A DNA stretch of 64,000 nt from Candidatus Marinacidobacterales bacterium (GCA_965219415.1 OZ244742.1:768001-832000), one strand, 5' to 3'; positions 19,423 to 29,779 are shown, counted from the first letter of the stretch. The notes: generated by a model not told the origin, from the letters alone. Program-made: numbers and translations.

Positions 19423-20220
19423 TCAACCCGCGGCGTCGGAGGGGGCCTCCCGCCGGTCCCGAAGGAGCCGCGTCGGCACTCCACCCGCAATGTGGTAATC
19501 GGGGACGTCCTCGAGAACTACACCGCCGGCCCCAATAATAGCATGTTTACCGATTCGCACTCCGTCGGCGACCACGACATGGGCCCCCACCCAGGCGCCT
19601 TCGTCAATCGTAACTCCTTGCGCGGTGCGCCCTTGCTCGGCAACCGGGACATCGGTTCTCTCGTGCAGGTGGTCTCCGCCGACAATATAGGCATACGCCG
19701 CAATGAGCACTTGCTTCCCGATCCGAACGTCGCCGGCGGCGGCAATCTCACAGTTGAAACCCACGTTGGCCTTCTCTCCGAGGTGGATGTTGCCGTTCTT
19801 GCAGGAAAGGATGGTGTTGCGACCGACCCAGACACCGTCGTCCAGATCGATGCCACGATTATCCTGTCCCTTCGCATCCAGCAGACAATTGTCGTCCACC
19901 ACGATGTTCGAGCCGATACGGATCTTGTGCGGATGGCGTAGGACGACGTTTTGCCCGAAGGTCACGTTGCGCCCGCACGACCCGAGGAGCAGCGGGTAGA
20001 GTTTGCTTCTCAAGTACAACCCTAAGGCTCCCGGAACCCACGACGACAGCATCGTCACCAATTCGTAACCGAGGAGTGGCAGAAAACCGCTCCTTCCGAT
20101 GACGAACTCGCTGTATTTTGTGACTTTGCTCTTGTTCTCGTCGAAAAGCTCCTGCTGGGCCACGCCGATCCGGGGATCGTTCTTCCGGTCGGAGCTTGCG
20201 GGCGACGCCATGACACTCAT
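19423..20220 (-). CDS. Hexapeptide-repeat (LbH) O-acyltransferase
   Basis: Repeated hexapeptides, GGDH, V.IDEGAWVG, GGVPTR. Confidence 0.9.
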   Translation of the reverse strand: MSVMASPASSDRKNDPRIGVAQQELFDENKSKVTKYSEFVIGRSGFLPLLGYELVTMLSSWVPGALGLYLRSKLYPLLLGSCGRNVTFGQNVVLRHPHKIRIGSNIVVDDNCLLDAKGQDNRGIDLDDGVWVGRNTILSCKNGNIHLGEKANVGFNCEIAAAGDVRIGKQVLIAAYAYIVGGDHLHERTDVPVAEQGRTAQGVTIDEGAWVGAHVVVADGVRIGKHAIIGAGGVVLEDVPDYHIAGGVPTRLLRDRREAPSDAAG

Positions 20221-20229
20221 TCTAACGGT

Positions 20230-21210
20230 CTAAAGCCAACCCTGCGAGCGATAGTAGTCGAGCGTCTGGCGGATCCCTGGCTCCAGGTCGACCTCCGGCT
20301 GCCACCCGAGCTCCGTCCGGGCCTTGTCGATCTTGAAGGCCCGATGCTTCAGGAAGAAATCCAGGCGACGGCGATAAAGAGGCGGCTCGAGACCGAGAGG
20401 GCGGAAAATACCTTCGCAGACGACGGCCGCGGCATACATCGGCCCCGCAGGAAGTCGCCACCTCGGAGGAGGCACGTTGGCGGTACGAGCGATGATCTGG
20501 AGCAGCTCGTTGACGGTCGTATAGCGCTCGCCGGCAATGATAAAGGTCTTCCCCTTCGCGGAGGGGACTTCCGCGGCACGCATGAAACCGCGCGCCACGT
20601 CCTCGACGTGCGTGAGGTGGTAGAAGACGTCACCCTTTCCGATCATGGGGAAGTGGCGACGGGCGATGCCCCGAAAGAGCTTCAGAAAACGACGGTCTCC
20701 GGGCCCGTAGATCCCGACCGGGCGCATGACGACGACGTGAAGTCCCCGCTCCCGGTGCATCGAAAGGAGCAGCTTTTCCGCCTCCACTTTGGTTTCTTGG
20801 TAGATGTCCCCGGGATTGTAGGGAGCCTCCTCATCGGCGGGAGGCTCGGCCACTTCCCCGTGCACGCCGCAAGTGCTGCAATAAATGAGCGGCACGCCGC
20901 CTTCCGAGAGAGCGGCCTCGGCTAGACGCCGGGTTCCTTCGACATTGACGTCGTAGTACACCCGATCCGGGAGCTTGGCCTCACGATAGACGGCGGCGAG
21001 ATGAAAGATGCGCTCGGTGCCAGCGACGGCCCGGCGGATGCTCTCATCCTCGGAGAGATCGCCTTGAACCAGTTCCGGCGAGAGCCCCCCCAACAGGTCC
21101 AGACGACTCGAAGGACGCACGAGAACACGAACCTGGTGGCCGGCCTCGGTCAGTAGCCGGACCAGGTGGCTACCCGTGAACCCGCTCGCTCCCGTAACCA
21201 GGACGTTCAC
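20230..21210 (-). CDS. NAD-dependent epimerase/dehydratase
   Basis: VLVTGASGFTG, HLAA, YQETK (YxxxK), IYGPGD; GTG start at 21210. Confidence 0.92.
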   Translation of the reverse strand: MNVLVTGASGFTGSHLVRLLTEAGHQVRVLVRPSSRLDLLGGLSPELVQGDLSEDESIRRAVAGTERIFHLAAVYREAKLPDRVYYDVNVEGTRRLAEAALSEGGVPLIYCSTCGVHGEVAEPPADEEAPYNPGDIYQETKVEAEKLLLSMHRERGLHVVVMRPVGIYGPGDRRFLKLFRGIARRHFPMIGKGDVFYHLTHVEDVARGFMRAAEVPSAKGKTFIIAGERYTTVNELLQIIARTANVPPPRWRLPAGPMYAAAVVCEGIFRPLGLEPPLYRRRLDFFLKHRAFKIDKARTELGWQPEVDLEPGIRQTLDYYRSQGWL

Positions 21211-21419
21211 CGCCTCATCCTCCAGCGCTTCGTCGCGCCTTTTCGGTCTCGCGCATCCTCGGAACCCCTTAGGGCCCTGTATCTTGGGGGCTCTGGACTT
21301 CGCCTTTCCCGCGTGGTAGTCTAACGCTTTTTGGGGCCGCCCGGGGCTCCCTTTGGGGGTTCCCAACCACCACCGCGCGGGCGCGCTGAATCGTCAACGT
21401 TTTAGGAGGAAGCACCAGA

Positions 21420-22442
21420 ATGAAAGCGGAACGATCAAGCTGTGGCGTCGCTTTGCCGGCTCTGCTCGTGGGAGCTGCTTTGCTCACCGGCTGCGGCAGC
21501 GACGAAAGCACCAATGGTTCGACATCAGTCAGTGTCACGATCACTGCGCCAACGATTGTAGGCCCGGACGGTGCCAGCGTCGGCGAACGACCCACGTTGG
21601 TGGTCGCGAACGTCACGGTCAGCGACGGAAGTGGCGCAACTTACACTTTCCAGGTTGCCACCGATTCCAACTTCGCGAATATCGTCGCCGAGAGCGGCGC
21701 TGTGGAAGAGGATGGCAGCGGTGAGACGTCGTGGCGAGTGAGGTCGGCCCTGAGCGGGGGAGACCACTTCTGGCGAGCTCGCGCCGTGGCAAGCGGTACG
21801 GAAGGGCCATTTTCTTCCGTCGCGGACTTCGACGTCAGCAAGAATGTCAAGGACCCGGAAGGTCGTGAGATCCTCTTCGACCCTCTCACCAACGGTAGGA
21901 CCGAAGCCACCCGGCAAGGTGGAGGAAGGCTCACTCCGGAAGGCTGGTTGGTCACTACTCGCTTCGATTTCCTTCGTTACGAGATTCGAACGCTCGAAGC
22001 TGGATCCGTCGAGTGGCAGATGACCGGGCTCGAGGTGGAGAACAACCGGTCCAACGAGTTCATGGTCATGGGGATGTGGGACCCTGACGACGGCGCCTTC
22101 CGAGAAAACGCCTACCGCGTACACGTCTTGAAGATCCACCCTCCACAGCACAACCCTCCGTTTCTCCGAATGCGGTGGATCTCGGGGGGCGACTTGGGGG
22201 AGGAGGGAACCAACTTTCTGCGTTGGGATCCCAACCAGGTCTACACGTGGCTGTTGGAGTGGGGACCGGTCAGCGACGACTCGAATTTCGCATTCTTATA
22301 CCTCGACGGCCGTTTGATGCTCGAGATCGAGTACGATCCGCCCTATAGACCGAGTAACCACACTGTAGAGATGGGGATCGCGGCGCGAGCGGAATCCATC
22401 ACCGACGCAGTCTATTCGAACGTCAGAATCTTCGAGAGATAG
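21420..22442 (+). CDS. Lipoprotein, paralog 1 (Ig/FN3-like plus beta-sandwich)
   Basis: Lipobox LTGC; YTFQVATD..F, HFWRARA; collinear similarity with 22504..23535. Confidence 0.8.
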   Translation: MKAERSSCGVALPALLVGAALLTGCGSDESTNGSTSVSVTITAPTIVGPDGASVGERPTLVVANVTVSDGSGATYTFQVATDSNFANIVAESGAVEEDGSGETSWRVRSALSGGDHFWRARAVASGTEGPFSSVADFDVSKNVKDPEGREILFDPLTNGRTEATRQGGGRLTPEGWLVTTRFDFLRYEIRTLEAGSVEWQMTGLEVENNRSNEFMVMGMWDPDDGAFRENAYRVHVLKIHPPQHNPPFLRMRWISGGDLGEEGTNFLRWDPNQVYTWLLEWGPVSDDSNFAFLYLDGRLMLEIEYDPPYRPSNHTVEMGIAARAESITDAVYSNVRIFER

Positions 22443-22503
22443 GACCGACCGGGCTGGGCTCCATCCACGATGGGGCTCGGCCCACTTGCTATTAGAGGGA
22501 CGG

Positions 22504-23535
22504 ATGAAACAACTGGCAAAAAACAAACTTTTCTTTCTAACAGCTTTGACCGTCGTGGCCGGATTCGTCCACGGCTGCGGCGATGACTCACCTTCCGGGC
22601 CGAGCGTCACCATTACCGCGCCGGGCGTCGTAACTCCAGCATCGGGCAGCGAAACCAGCGACACGAAACCCACCTTGACGGTCGCGAACGTGACGGTGAG
22701 CAACGGTGCCTCGGCCTCCTACATGTTCCAAGTGGCCACAGATTCTGGATTCACCGAAATCGTCGCTGAGATCGAAGGCGTCGGAGAAGATGCCAGCGGC
22801 CAAACCTCTTGGAAGGTGACGGTGAATCTCGGCAACGGCGAGCACTTCTGGCGTGCGCGAGCCAGGGCCTCGGGTATCGATGGACCCTTTTCTGCGGTGG
22901 CGGATTTCGATGTGCTGACCGCCTTCAAGTCCAACCAGCCGCGAGGCGGCGTCCTGGTCTTCGACCCACTGACCAACGGATCGACGGTTGGGACACGTCG
23001 CGGTGGTGTCTTCACCGACCAAGGCTGGTTGGTGAATGCGCGCTCCAATCACATTATCTATAACCTGGATACGATCCCGGCTGGGTACATAGAGTGGGAC
23101 ATGACGGGTTTGGCTATCGGAAATATCGGTGCTGGAGCCCGCCATCTGGTGGTGATGTGGGACCCCAGCGCCGGCAGCGACTTCACTACCAATCCCTTTC
23201 GCGCCAGCATCCAGAAGCAAGATCGGACTTCGACCAGCACTCTGAGATACCTACGCATCCGCTGGATCTCCAACGGGAAACAGATCGATGGGTTCAGTGC
23301 GTTTCTCGGCTGGAGGGCCGACCGAGTCCATCACTTCCGTTGGAAATGGGGACCTGAAGGCTCGGAGAACCGTACCTTTGTGCGACTTTTCATCGACGAC
23401 ATCGAGCGTATCTTCTTCGAGTACAGGCAACCGTACACGCCCGCCGTCCACCGCATCGAGCTCGGGGCCAGCATGCGTTTCGAGACGCCCGAAGGGGCGA
23501 TCTATTCGAACGTGGAGATCGGAGTGCAGGAATAA
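22504..23535 (+). CDS. Lipoprotein, paralog 2
   Basis: Lipobox VHGC; same motif order as paralog 1. Confidence 0.8.
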   Translation: MKQLAKNKLFFLTALTVVAGFVHGCGDDSPSGPSVTITAPGVVTPASGSETSDTKPTLTVANVTVSNGASASYMFQVATDSGFTEIVAEIEGVGEDASGQTSWKVTVNLGNGEHFWRARARASGIDGPFSAVADFDVLTAFKSNQPRGGVLVFDPLTNGSTVGTRRGGVFTDQGWLVNARSNHIIYNLDTIPAGYIEWDMTGLAIGNIGAGARHLVVMWDPSAGSDFTTNPFRASIQKQDRTSTSTLRYLRIRWISNGKQIDGFSAFLGWRADRVHHFRWKWGPEGSENRTFVRLFIDDIERIFFEYRQPYTPAVHRIELGASMRFETPEGAIYSNVEIGVQE

Positions 23536-23556
23536 TCGGCGGAAGTTACTTCTCGA

Positions 23557-24576
23557 TTATTTCTCGGGCGAGAGGATCTGTCGGATCGCATAAGGGGGGC
23601 GAGAGCGCGTTTCGTGGTAGAGGCGCGCGAGTAGCTCCCCCAGCAATCCCAAACTCACCAGCTGAAGTCCGCTGAACATTAGCAGGATAGCCAGCAGAAG
23701 CAGGGGTCGCCCCGAGATCGGCTGGCCGAGCCCGTATTTGACCCAAGTCAAGTAGCCCCCCAAGACGAATCCGGCACCGCCCAACAAGAAACCTACCGAT
23801 CCGAAGATTTGCAAGGGTCGGCTCGAATAGTTCAAGAGAAACTTGACCGTCAGCAGATCCAGCAGGACGCGAAGGGTGCGCGTGATGCCGTACTTGGACT
23901 GCCCTTCTTGGCGCGGACGATGCGACACGACGACCTCGTCAATATCTACCCCCATCCAGCTTGCAACGGCAGGAATGAAGCGGTGCATCTCGCCATAGAG
24001 TTGAATATTCTTCGCTACTTCCGACCTCATGACTTTCAGGGTGCAACCGTAGTCGTGGAGATGAACACCGGTGGTGAACGATATGAGGCGGTTTGCGATC
24101 TGTGAAGGGACTCGGCGCGAGAGCAAGGGATCTTGCCGTTGCTTCCGCCAGCCGCACACCATATCGAAGCCCTGTTCCAGCCTCTCGACCATCGCGGGAA
24201 TGTCCGACGGATCATTCTGGCGGTCGCCGTCCAACGTGACCACGATCGATCCCCTGGCATGATCGAACCCGGCCGCCAGAGCCGCCGTTTGACCGAAGTT
24301 TCTCCGAAAGCGGATGACGCGTACCCGCCGATCGTTGCTGTGCAGCGAGCTCAAAATGGCAAAACTGGCATCGGTGCTGCCGTCGTCCACGAATAGCATC
24401 TCGTAGGCACGGCCGTACGTTCCGAGCACGTCCGTGAGCTCTCGGTAGAGCGCCGACAAGTTTCCTTCTTCGTTCAGGACCGGAACGACGACGGAAATCT
24501 CGGGGACCTCCGAGATCGTACCGTTCCCGCGAGAAGCCGCGGCGGCTTCCGTGTCTCGGGTCATCTCACTGCCCAT
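23557..24576 (-). CDS. GT2 glycosyltransferase (polyprenol-phosphate glycosyltransferase, ArnC-like)
   Basis: VVVPVLNE, VDDGSTD, RNFGQTAAL, LDGDRQNDP, HRFIP, SKYG, two C-terminal TMs. Confidence 0.92.
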   Translation of the reverse strand: MGSEMTRDTEAAAASRGNGTISEVPEISVVVPVLNEEGNLSALYRELTDVLGTYGRAYEMLFVDDGSTDASFAILSSLHSNDRRVRVIRFRRNFGQTAALAAGFDHARGSIVVTLDGDRQNDPSDIPAMVERLEQGFDMVCGWRKQRQDPLLSRRVPSQIANRLISFTTGVHLHDYGCTLKVMRSEVAKNIQLYGEMHRFIPAVASWMGVDIDEVVVSHRPRQEGQSKYGITRTLRVLLDLLTVKFLLNYSSRPLQIFGSVGFLLGGAGFVLGGYLTWVKYGLGQPISGRPLLLLAILLMFSGLQLVSLGLLGELLARLYHETRSRPPYAIRQILSPEK

Positions 24577-24614
24577 GGAGGGACAGTATATACTACCGGC
24601 CTCAGACGAAGACC

Positions 24615-24923
24615 ATGGCAAGAATCACCCAGAAGGACGTCGAGAACATCGCCGCGCTCGCGCATCTCGAACTCACGGTGGAGGAGAAACAGAAGTTCGC
24701 CAAACAGCTGGGATCGATACTCGCTTACGCCGAGGGTATCGAAGCGCTCGAGACCGATGGCGTCGAGCCAACGTCTCATGCGCTGCTTCGAGACGACGCC
24801 TTCCGTGAGGATGAAGAAACGCCGTGCTTGCCACAGGACGAGGTGCTCCGCATCGCGCCCGACTCGTCTAAGGAGACCGCGAAGAAGGACGGATTAGTCA
24901 AAGTTCCCAGGGTGATTCCGTGA
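24615..24923 (+). CDS. gatC: Asp/Glu-tRNA amidotransferase subunit C
   Basis: IAALAHLE, REDE, VPRVI; overlaps the gatA start. Confidence 0.95.
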   Translation: MARITQKDVENIAALAHLELTVEEKQKFAKQLGSILAYAEGIEALETDGVEPTSHALLRDDAFREDEETPCLPQDEVLRIAPDSSKETAKKDGLVKVPRVIP

Positions 24924-26383
24924 ATCCGACCGACCTTACCGCGGTCGAGATTCGCGAGCAGATCGCCAAAGGATCGTTATCGTCTCGCGACGTGACCCGC
25001 GCTTTCGTGGAGCGCACCGATCGGCTCGAGCCAAAGGTACGCGCGTTCTTGTGTCGGACTTCGGAAGAGGCCCTTGCGCGCGCCAAGGAGCTCGACGAGC
25101 GTCAAGCGCGAGGCGAATCCGCCGGCAGACTCCATGGCGTGCCGCTGGCGGTCAAAGACATCATCTCGGTGAAGGGAACGCCGTGCACCTGCGGGTCACG
25201 GATCCTCGAAAACTACGTCCCACCCTATGACGCCACGGCCGTCGCTCGTCTTTTGGCCGAGGGCGCCGTTCTCCTCGGCAAATGCAACCTGGACGAATTT
25301 GCGATGGGATCGTCGACCGAGAATTCCGCATTCCATCCCACCAGCAATCCATGGGATCTGGGACGCGTACCCGGGGGCTCGAGCGGTGGCTCGGCCGCCG
25401 CCGTCGCTGCGCGTGAAGTACCCGCCGCCTTGGGTACGGACACCGGAGGATCGGTCCGGCAACCGGCGGCGCTCTGCGGCGTCACCGGACTCAAGCCGAC
25501 GTACGGACGCGTCTCTCGCTATGGCCTAGTTGCCTTCGCATCCTCGCTCGATCAGATCGGCCCTCTCACCCGCTCCGCCGAAGACGCCGCATTGCTCCTC
25601 GAAGTCACCGCCGGTCACGACCCTCTCGATGCCACGAGCGCCCCCGAGCCCGCCGAAGATTATCTCCAGCAACTGAAGCAAGACGTCTCGAAACTCCGAA
25701 TCGGCATTCCGCGTGAGCTCCCTAGCGAGGGCCTCGATCCGGACGTGTTGGACTGCTACCGCTCGGCCATCGCGACTTTCGAAGAGCTGAGAGTCGAGGC
25801 GGTCGAAATCGATCTACCCACTTCGTCGCACGCCGTTGCGTGTTACTACTTGATCTCAACATCCGAGGCGAGCTCCAATTTGGCCCGGTACGACGGCGTT
25901 CGCTATGGCCTGCGAGCTAGCGACGCGCAAAACCTTCAGCAGATGTACCGGCAGACAAGGGAAGAAGGCTTCGGCGCCGAGGTGAAACGCCGCATCATGC
26001 TGGGAACCTATGTTCTTTCGGCGGGATACTACGATGCGTACTACCTCAAGGCCCAGAAGGTACGGACGCTGATTGCCCGCGATTTTCAGCAGGCGTTCGA
26101 GCGCGTGGACGCTGTTGCCCTCCCCACTACACCGACCCCGGCCTTCGAGCTCGGAGAGAAACTCGAAGATCCATTGCAAATGTATCTCTCCGACGTGTTC
26201 ACGATCACCGCCAACTTGGTCGGCATCCCCGGTATCAGTGTTCCCGCCGGGTTCAGCGGAGGCGGACTACCCATTGGCTTTCAGCTCTTGGGGAAGCACT
26301 TCGCGGAAGCAACTATCCTCCGCCTCGCTCACGCTTTCGAGCAGGCGACCGACGTCGCGAAGAAGCGCCCTCCGCTGGACTAA
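24920..26383 (+). CDS. gatA: Asp/Glu-tRNA amidotransferase subunit A
   Basis: DEFAMGSSTENS, PGGSSGGS, GTDTGGSVRQP, SSNLARYDG, EVKRRIMLG. Confidence 0.97.
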   Translation: MNPTDLTAVEIREQIAKGSLSSRDVTRAFVERTDRLEPKVRAFLCRTSEEALARAKELDERQARGESAGRLHGVPLAVKDIISVKGTPCTCGSRILENYVPPYDATAVARLLAEGAVLLGKCNLDEFAMGSSTENSAFHPTSNPWDLGRVPGGSSGGSAAAVAAREVPAALGTDTGGSVRQPAALCGVTGLKPTYGRVSRYGLVAFASSLDQIGPLTRSAEDAALLLEVTAGHDPLDATSAPEPAEDYLQQLKQDVSKLRIGIPRELPSEGLDPDVLDCYRSAIATFEELRVEAVEIDLPTSSHAVACYYLISTSEASSNLARYDGVRYGLRASDAQNLQQMYRQTREEGFGAEVKRRIMLGTYVLSAGYYDAYYLKAQKVRTLIARDFQQAFERVDAVALPTTPTPAFELGEKLEDPLQMYLSDVFTITANLVGIPGISVPAGFSGGGLPIGFQLLGKHFAEATILRLAHAFEQATDVAKKRPPLD

Positions 26384-26868
26384 GCCGGGTCGATCGGTTG
26401 CACTTCGTGCTGAGCTCGATGACGAACCAGGATCCGTTTCAAAACGACGTACGCGATCATTGCGGCGGCCACGGAAAGAATCAAATTCCCGACGAAGAAG
26501 GGTAGCAACAAGTTCTCGAAGTCCGAAAACATCTCCTTCCAAAACGAGGTATTCAGCATCGTTTCCCACGAAACCTCGGCGAACTTGTTATCCAAACCCA
26601 GAATGTAGAAGCCTAGGGCCGTACCAATCGATGCCACTGGGGCGATGGTCCAAGGGTTATTGACGTAGACGCCGATCAGGAGAGCCAGGCGGTTGAGCTT
26701 GAATAGGAAAGCGGTGGCCAATCCCATGATGGTGTGAAGTCCGAGGAACGGCGAGAAACTGAAGAAGACCCCGATCGAAAATGCCAACGCGGTGCGCTCG
26801 GGGCTGTCCCCGAGGTGAAGCAGCCGACGCAGAAACCCGCGGAGCCAGCCCAGCTTCTTGTCACTCAT
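26380..26868 (-). CDS. DUF2062 membrane protein
   Basis: SPERTALAFSIG, P.LG.HT, NNPWT. Confidence 0.85.
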   Translation of the reverse strand: MSDKKLGWLRGFLRRLLHLGDSPERTALAFSIGVFFSFSPFLGLHTIMGLATAFLFKLNRLALLIGVYVNNPWTIAPVASIGTALGFYILGLDNKFAEVSWETMLNTSFWKEMFSDFENLLLPFFVGNLILSVAAAMIAYVVLKRILVRHRAQHEVQPIDPA

Positions 26869-27935
26869 GTCGTTCGGCCATCGGCCGGGCGCATCCGGAA
26901 GTGTTCCCATCCGGCGGGCTCGAGGACGCGTTCTATTCCGTCGCGCGCGACCAGTCGGATGCCCTCGCTGGCCTTCGTGACCTCGCCGATCCGAGTTATG
27001 GGAACTTCGAGCTCCGCCCTTAGTTTCTCGAGCCGCGCCTCTTTGCGCGTGGTAAACAAAAGCTCGTAGTCTCCCCCGCCCGCCAAGGCGACGTCGAGGG
27101 GTGATTTCTTTTTCAACCGTTCCCAGGCCAGAACGCCAGGATGGATCGGCAGAGCCGTTTCCTCGATTAGCGAGCCCACCTTACTAGCCGTGCAGAGGCG
27201 ATTCAGGTCCCGGGCCAAGCCATCCGAGAGGTCGATGCAGGAACTCGCGATGCCCTGTTCGCAAAGGACCTTGCCGAGCTCCACCCGTGCTTCCGGATCC
27301 ATATGCGCGTGCAAGCATTGTTCCGCCAACGGAAGCGGGCCCCCGCGCAAAGCGCTGGGAATAATCAGCGCACCCGATGCGGAAACGACCATCCCTTCAT
27401 TGAGGAGGCCGAGACCGGTCGCCGACGCGCCGAGCCTTCCCGATACATATATCGCGTCGCCGGCTCGAGCTCCGCTTCTGCGCAGGAGCCTCCCCTTGCG
27501 TGTCGCGCCGACAACGCTCACGTCGACCACGATGGGGCCCCGTGACGAGGAGAGGTTCCCTCCCACCAGAGCGAGGTCGAGCTCACCGGCGTGCGCAAGG
27601 AGACCATCGAAGAGCTCCAAGAGCTCCCCGACGCCGGTCTCCGCCGGCGTCACCAGAGAAAGCAGCGCCGCCACCGGACGCCCTCCCATGGCAGCGATGT
27701 CGCTGGCATTGATGGCGATCGCCTTACGGCCGACGAATCGTGGGGGCAGCGTCTGGCGTGTAAAGTGCACGCCCTCGACCATGACGTCCGTAGACACCAA
27801 GGTTTGCTCGCCATTGGGAATCGCGAGCGCCGCTGCGTCATCGCCGATTCCGAGCCTCACCAGCGGCCCAGGCTTCGGCACTAGATCGCGGACGCGCTCT
27901 AGGAAACGATCTTCACCGAGGTCGGAGAGCTTCAC
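26865..27935 (-). CDS. thiL: Thiamine-monophosphate kinase
   Basis: GIGDDAA, EGVHF, NASDIAAMGG, DLSDGL, GGGDYELLF. Confidence 0.95.
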   Translation of the reverse strand: MKLSDLGEDRFLERVRDLVPKPGPLVRLGIGDDAAALAIPNGEQTLVSTDVMVEGVHFTRQTLPPRFVGRKAIAINASDIAAMGGRPVAALLSLVTPAETGVGELLELFDGLLAHAGELDLALVGGNLSSSRGPIVVDVSVVGATRKGRLLRRSGARAGDAIYVSGRLGASATGLGLLNEGMVVSASGALIIPSALRGGPLPLAEQCLHAHMDPEARVELGKVLCEQGIASSCIDLSDGLARDLNRLCTASKVGSLIEETALPIHPGVLAWERLKKKSPLDVALAGGGDYELLFTTRKEARLEKLRAELEVPITRIGEVTKASEGIRLVARDGIERVLEPAGWEHFRMRPADGRTT

Positions 27936-28000
27936 AGGAACCCGGCTTGACCCAAATGGAGCGGATCAGCAAGCGTACATTGTGGAGGGAGACCAACTTT

Positions 28001-28181
28001 GAAGTAGCCCCGCTTTGCCGTGTGAGAAACCTATTTGAACCTCGTTTCCAAGTGGGTCATCTCCCTCTCACTTAAGGCTTCCTCGCGAGGAGGCTTGCGC
28101 ATGGTGAGAGCTCGACAACCCGTTCAAATAGATGTTGGCTCAAAATATTTGTTCCCATCACTAACAAAGCAGGGCAAGTTC
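28001..28181 (-). ncRNA. ssrS: 6S RNA
   Basis: About 180-nt rod with pairing ends (gccctgctttg / caaagcggggc; ctatttgaac / gttcaaatag) around a central bubble; canonical position downstream of zapA. Confidence 0.85.
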
Positions 28182-28207
28182 GATTCTATGCCTCTCCGCA
28201 GAGAGTT

Positions 28208-28528
28208 TCAAGAGACAACTTCCGATTGGTCTTCCCCGAGGACCTCGTCCAGAGCCTCGCTCAACTCATTGGCCTGCTCCGACACTCGCACTCGCGAATC
28301 CTCGTGTTTGCGTTGCAGCTTGAAGTACTCATCGGCGATATTCAGTGCCGCCAAGATGGCGATTCTCAGCGTGTCCCCGGTACGGCTCGACTCGGTGATA
28401 CTCTTCATCTTGGAGTCCACGTAGCGGGCCAGATCCGCGATGTAACCTCGGTCTTCGTCGCCCCGAACTTTGTAGGTTTCACCAAAAATCTCAACCGGGA
28501 TCAGCTTGGCATCCGTTTTTTCTTTCAT
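28208..28528 (-). CDS. zapA: Cell division protein ZapA
   Basis: VEIFGETY, YVDSKM, AILAALNIADE. Confidence 0.93.
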   Translation of the reverse strand: MKEKTDAKLIPVEIFGETYKVRGDEDRGYIADLARYVDSKMKSITESSRTGDTLRIAILAALNIADEYFKLQRKHEDSRVRVSEQANELSEALDEVLGEDQSEVVS

Positions 28529-28635
28529 ATCATTTAGCGGTCGGTCTGGCCGACTCGAGGCTCATTCTAGGCGAGTAGGCGCGGCAATTCAACATGGACC
28601 GAGGGGGGCTGTGAATCCGACGCGCTTGGTGTTGA

Positions 28636-28950
28636 TCAGCCGGCCGAACTGGAGCTCGAATCCCCTTCCAACTTCTGAAGGAGGTGAGAGATTTTTTCGC
28701 GGATCTCTTTACGCTCGCGCCGGAGCAGATCTAGCTGTGCGGATTGAGCCGACTTGAGTTGTCGTCGAGGGGGGCTGCTCTTCTCTTCGCCGGTCTCCGA
28801 TTCCACCGACTCGAGGCGGCTCTTGAGCTCGGCCAACTCACCGGTGAGGGCCTGGTTGCTCTCCCTTAGCCGGCCGATGAGCTTTGTGGCCTCGCGAACC
28901 CTCTTGCCGAGGTGCTCCAAATCCCGCGGCTGGTGGGATTTCTTTGCCAT
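28636..28950 (-). CDS. ZapB-like coiled-coil protein
   Basis: Coiled-coil heptads; upstream of zapA; start MAKKSH. Confidence 0.7.
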   Translation of the reverse strand: MAKKSHQPRDLEHLGKRVREATKLIGRLRESNQALTGELAELKSRLESVESETGEEKSSPPRRQLKSAQSAQLDLLRRERKEIREKISHLLQKLEGDSSSSSAG

Positions 28951-29002
28951 GACGTCAGTGCCAAGGATCGGTGTGACGATGAAGACGATCTTCCAAAAGC
29001 GC

Positions 29003-29362
29003 TCAGGCGCCGAGCGCCTGGCGCGCAACATCGGCCAGTTCGCGAAAAGCGGCTTCGTCCCGCACCGCAAGCTGGGCCAATTGCTTTCGATCGAGCCCCA
29101 CTTCCGCTTTGGCCAACCCATTCATGAACGTGCTGTAGGACAAATCGCACGAGCGGGCTGCCGCTCCGATGCGAATGATCCAAAGCCTGCGAAAATCACG
29201 CTTCCGTGCGCGCCGGTCTCGATACGCGTAGCCGAGCGCCTTGTCTACCGACTCCTTCGCAGAGCGGTACAACTTGCTCTTGGTGCCGCGATAGCCCTTG
29301 GCTAGTTTCAGGACCTTCTTTCGGCGCTGTCGACGATGTGTTCCACGTTTGACTCTAGGCAT
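29003..29362 (-). CDS. rplT: 50S ribosomal protein L20
   Basis: [28 protein letters not shown]. Confidence 0.98.
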   Translation of the reverse strand: MPRVKRGTHRRQRRKKVLKLAKGYRGTKSKLYRSAKESVDKALGYAYRDRRARKRDFRRLWIIRIGAAARSCDLSYSTFMNGLAKAEVGLDRKQLAQLAVRDEAAFRELADVARQALGA

Positions 29363-29464
29363 TTACTTGTTGCTCCGATATTGGTTCTTGGCCGCTCATC
29401 CCGTCCAGAGAAAAGCAGGCGCCATGTCGAAATTCCTTAGTGCCGACGTTCCAAGTTACGGATC

Positions 29465-29656
29465 TTAGCGAGGCAAGCGGTGCGCCAAGCCTCGCGCGTC
29501 GCCCTTGAAGACCAACCCTGCCTTGCGAAGCTTGCGCTTTCGCCGCGTAGTCTTCTTGGTAAGGATGTGGCTGCCATAAGCGTGTCCACGCTTGATCTTA
29601 CCGCTTGCTGTTTTGCGGAATCGCTTCGCGGCTCCGCGATGTGATTTCATTTTCAA
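29465..29656 (-). CDS. rpmI: 50S ribosomal protein L35
   Basis: [26 protein letters not shown]; TTG start after GGAGAAG. Confidence 0.96.
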   Translation of the reverse strand: MKMKSHRGAAKRFRKTASGKIKRGHAYGSHILTKKTTRRKRKLRKAGLVFKGDARGLAHRLPR

Positions 29657-29690
29657 GAGTGCTTCTCCATTAATTAATGCGATTGGGGCC

Positions 29691-29756
29691 CCAGCCTTCG
29701 CGAAACGCTTCGGCTGGTCCCGCCGAAGTCTAGTGAATTCCTGGACGAAGGCGGAC
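29691..29756. repeat. Multi-hairpin palindromic repeat, copy 1
   Basis: CCAGCCTTCG..CTTCGGC..GCCGAAG..GACGAAGGCGG; related copies at 39325 and 53091. Confidence 0.7.
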
Positions 29757-29779
29757 ACCTCCTCTTGTGAATCCTAGGC

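Noticed and set aside
24615-26383. gatCA without gatB
   Set aside because: gatB is often encoded separately, so this is not informative
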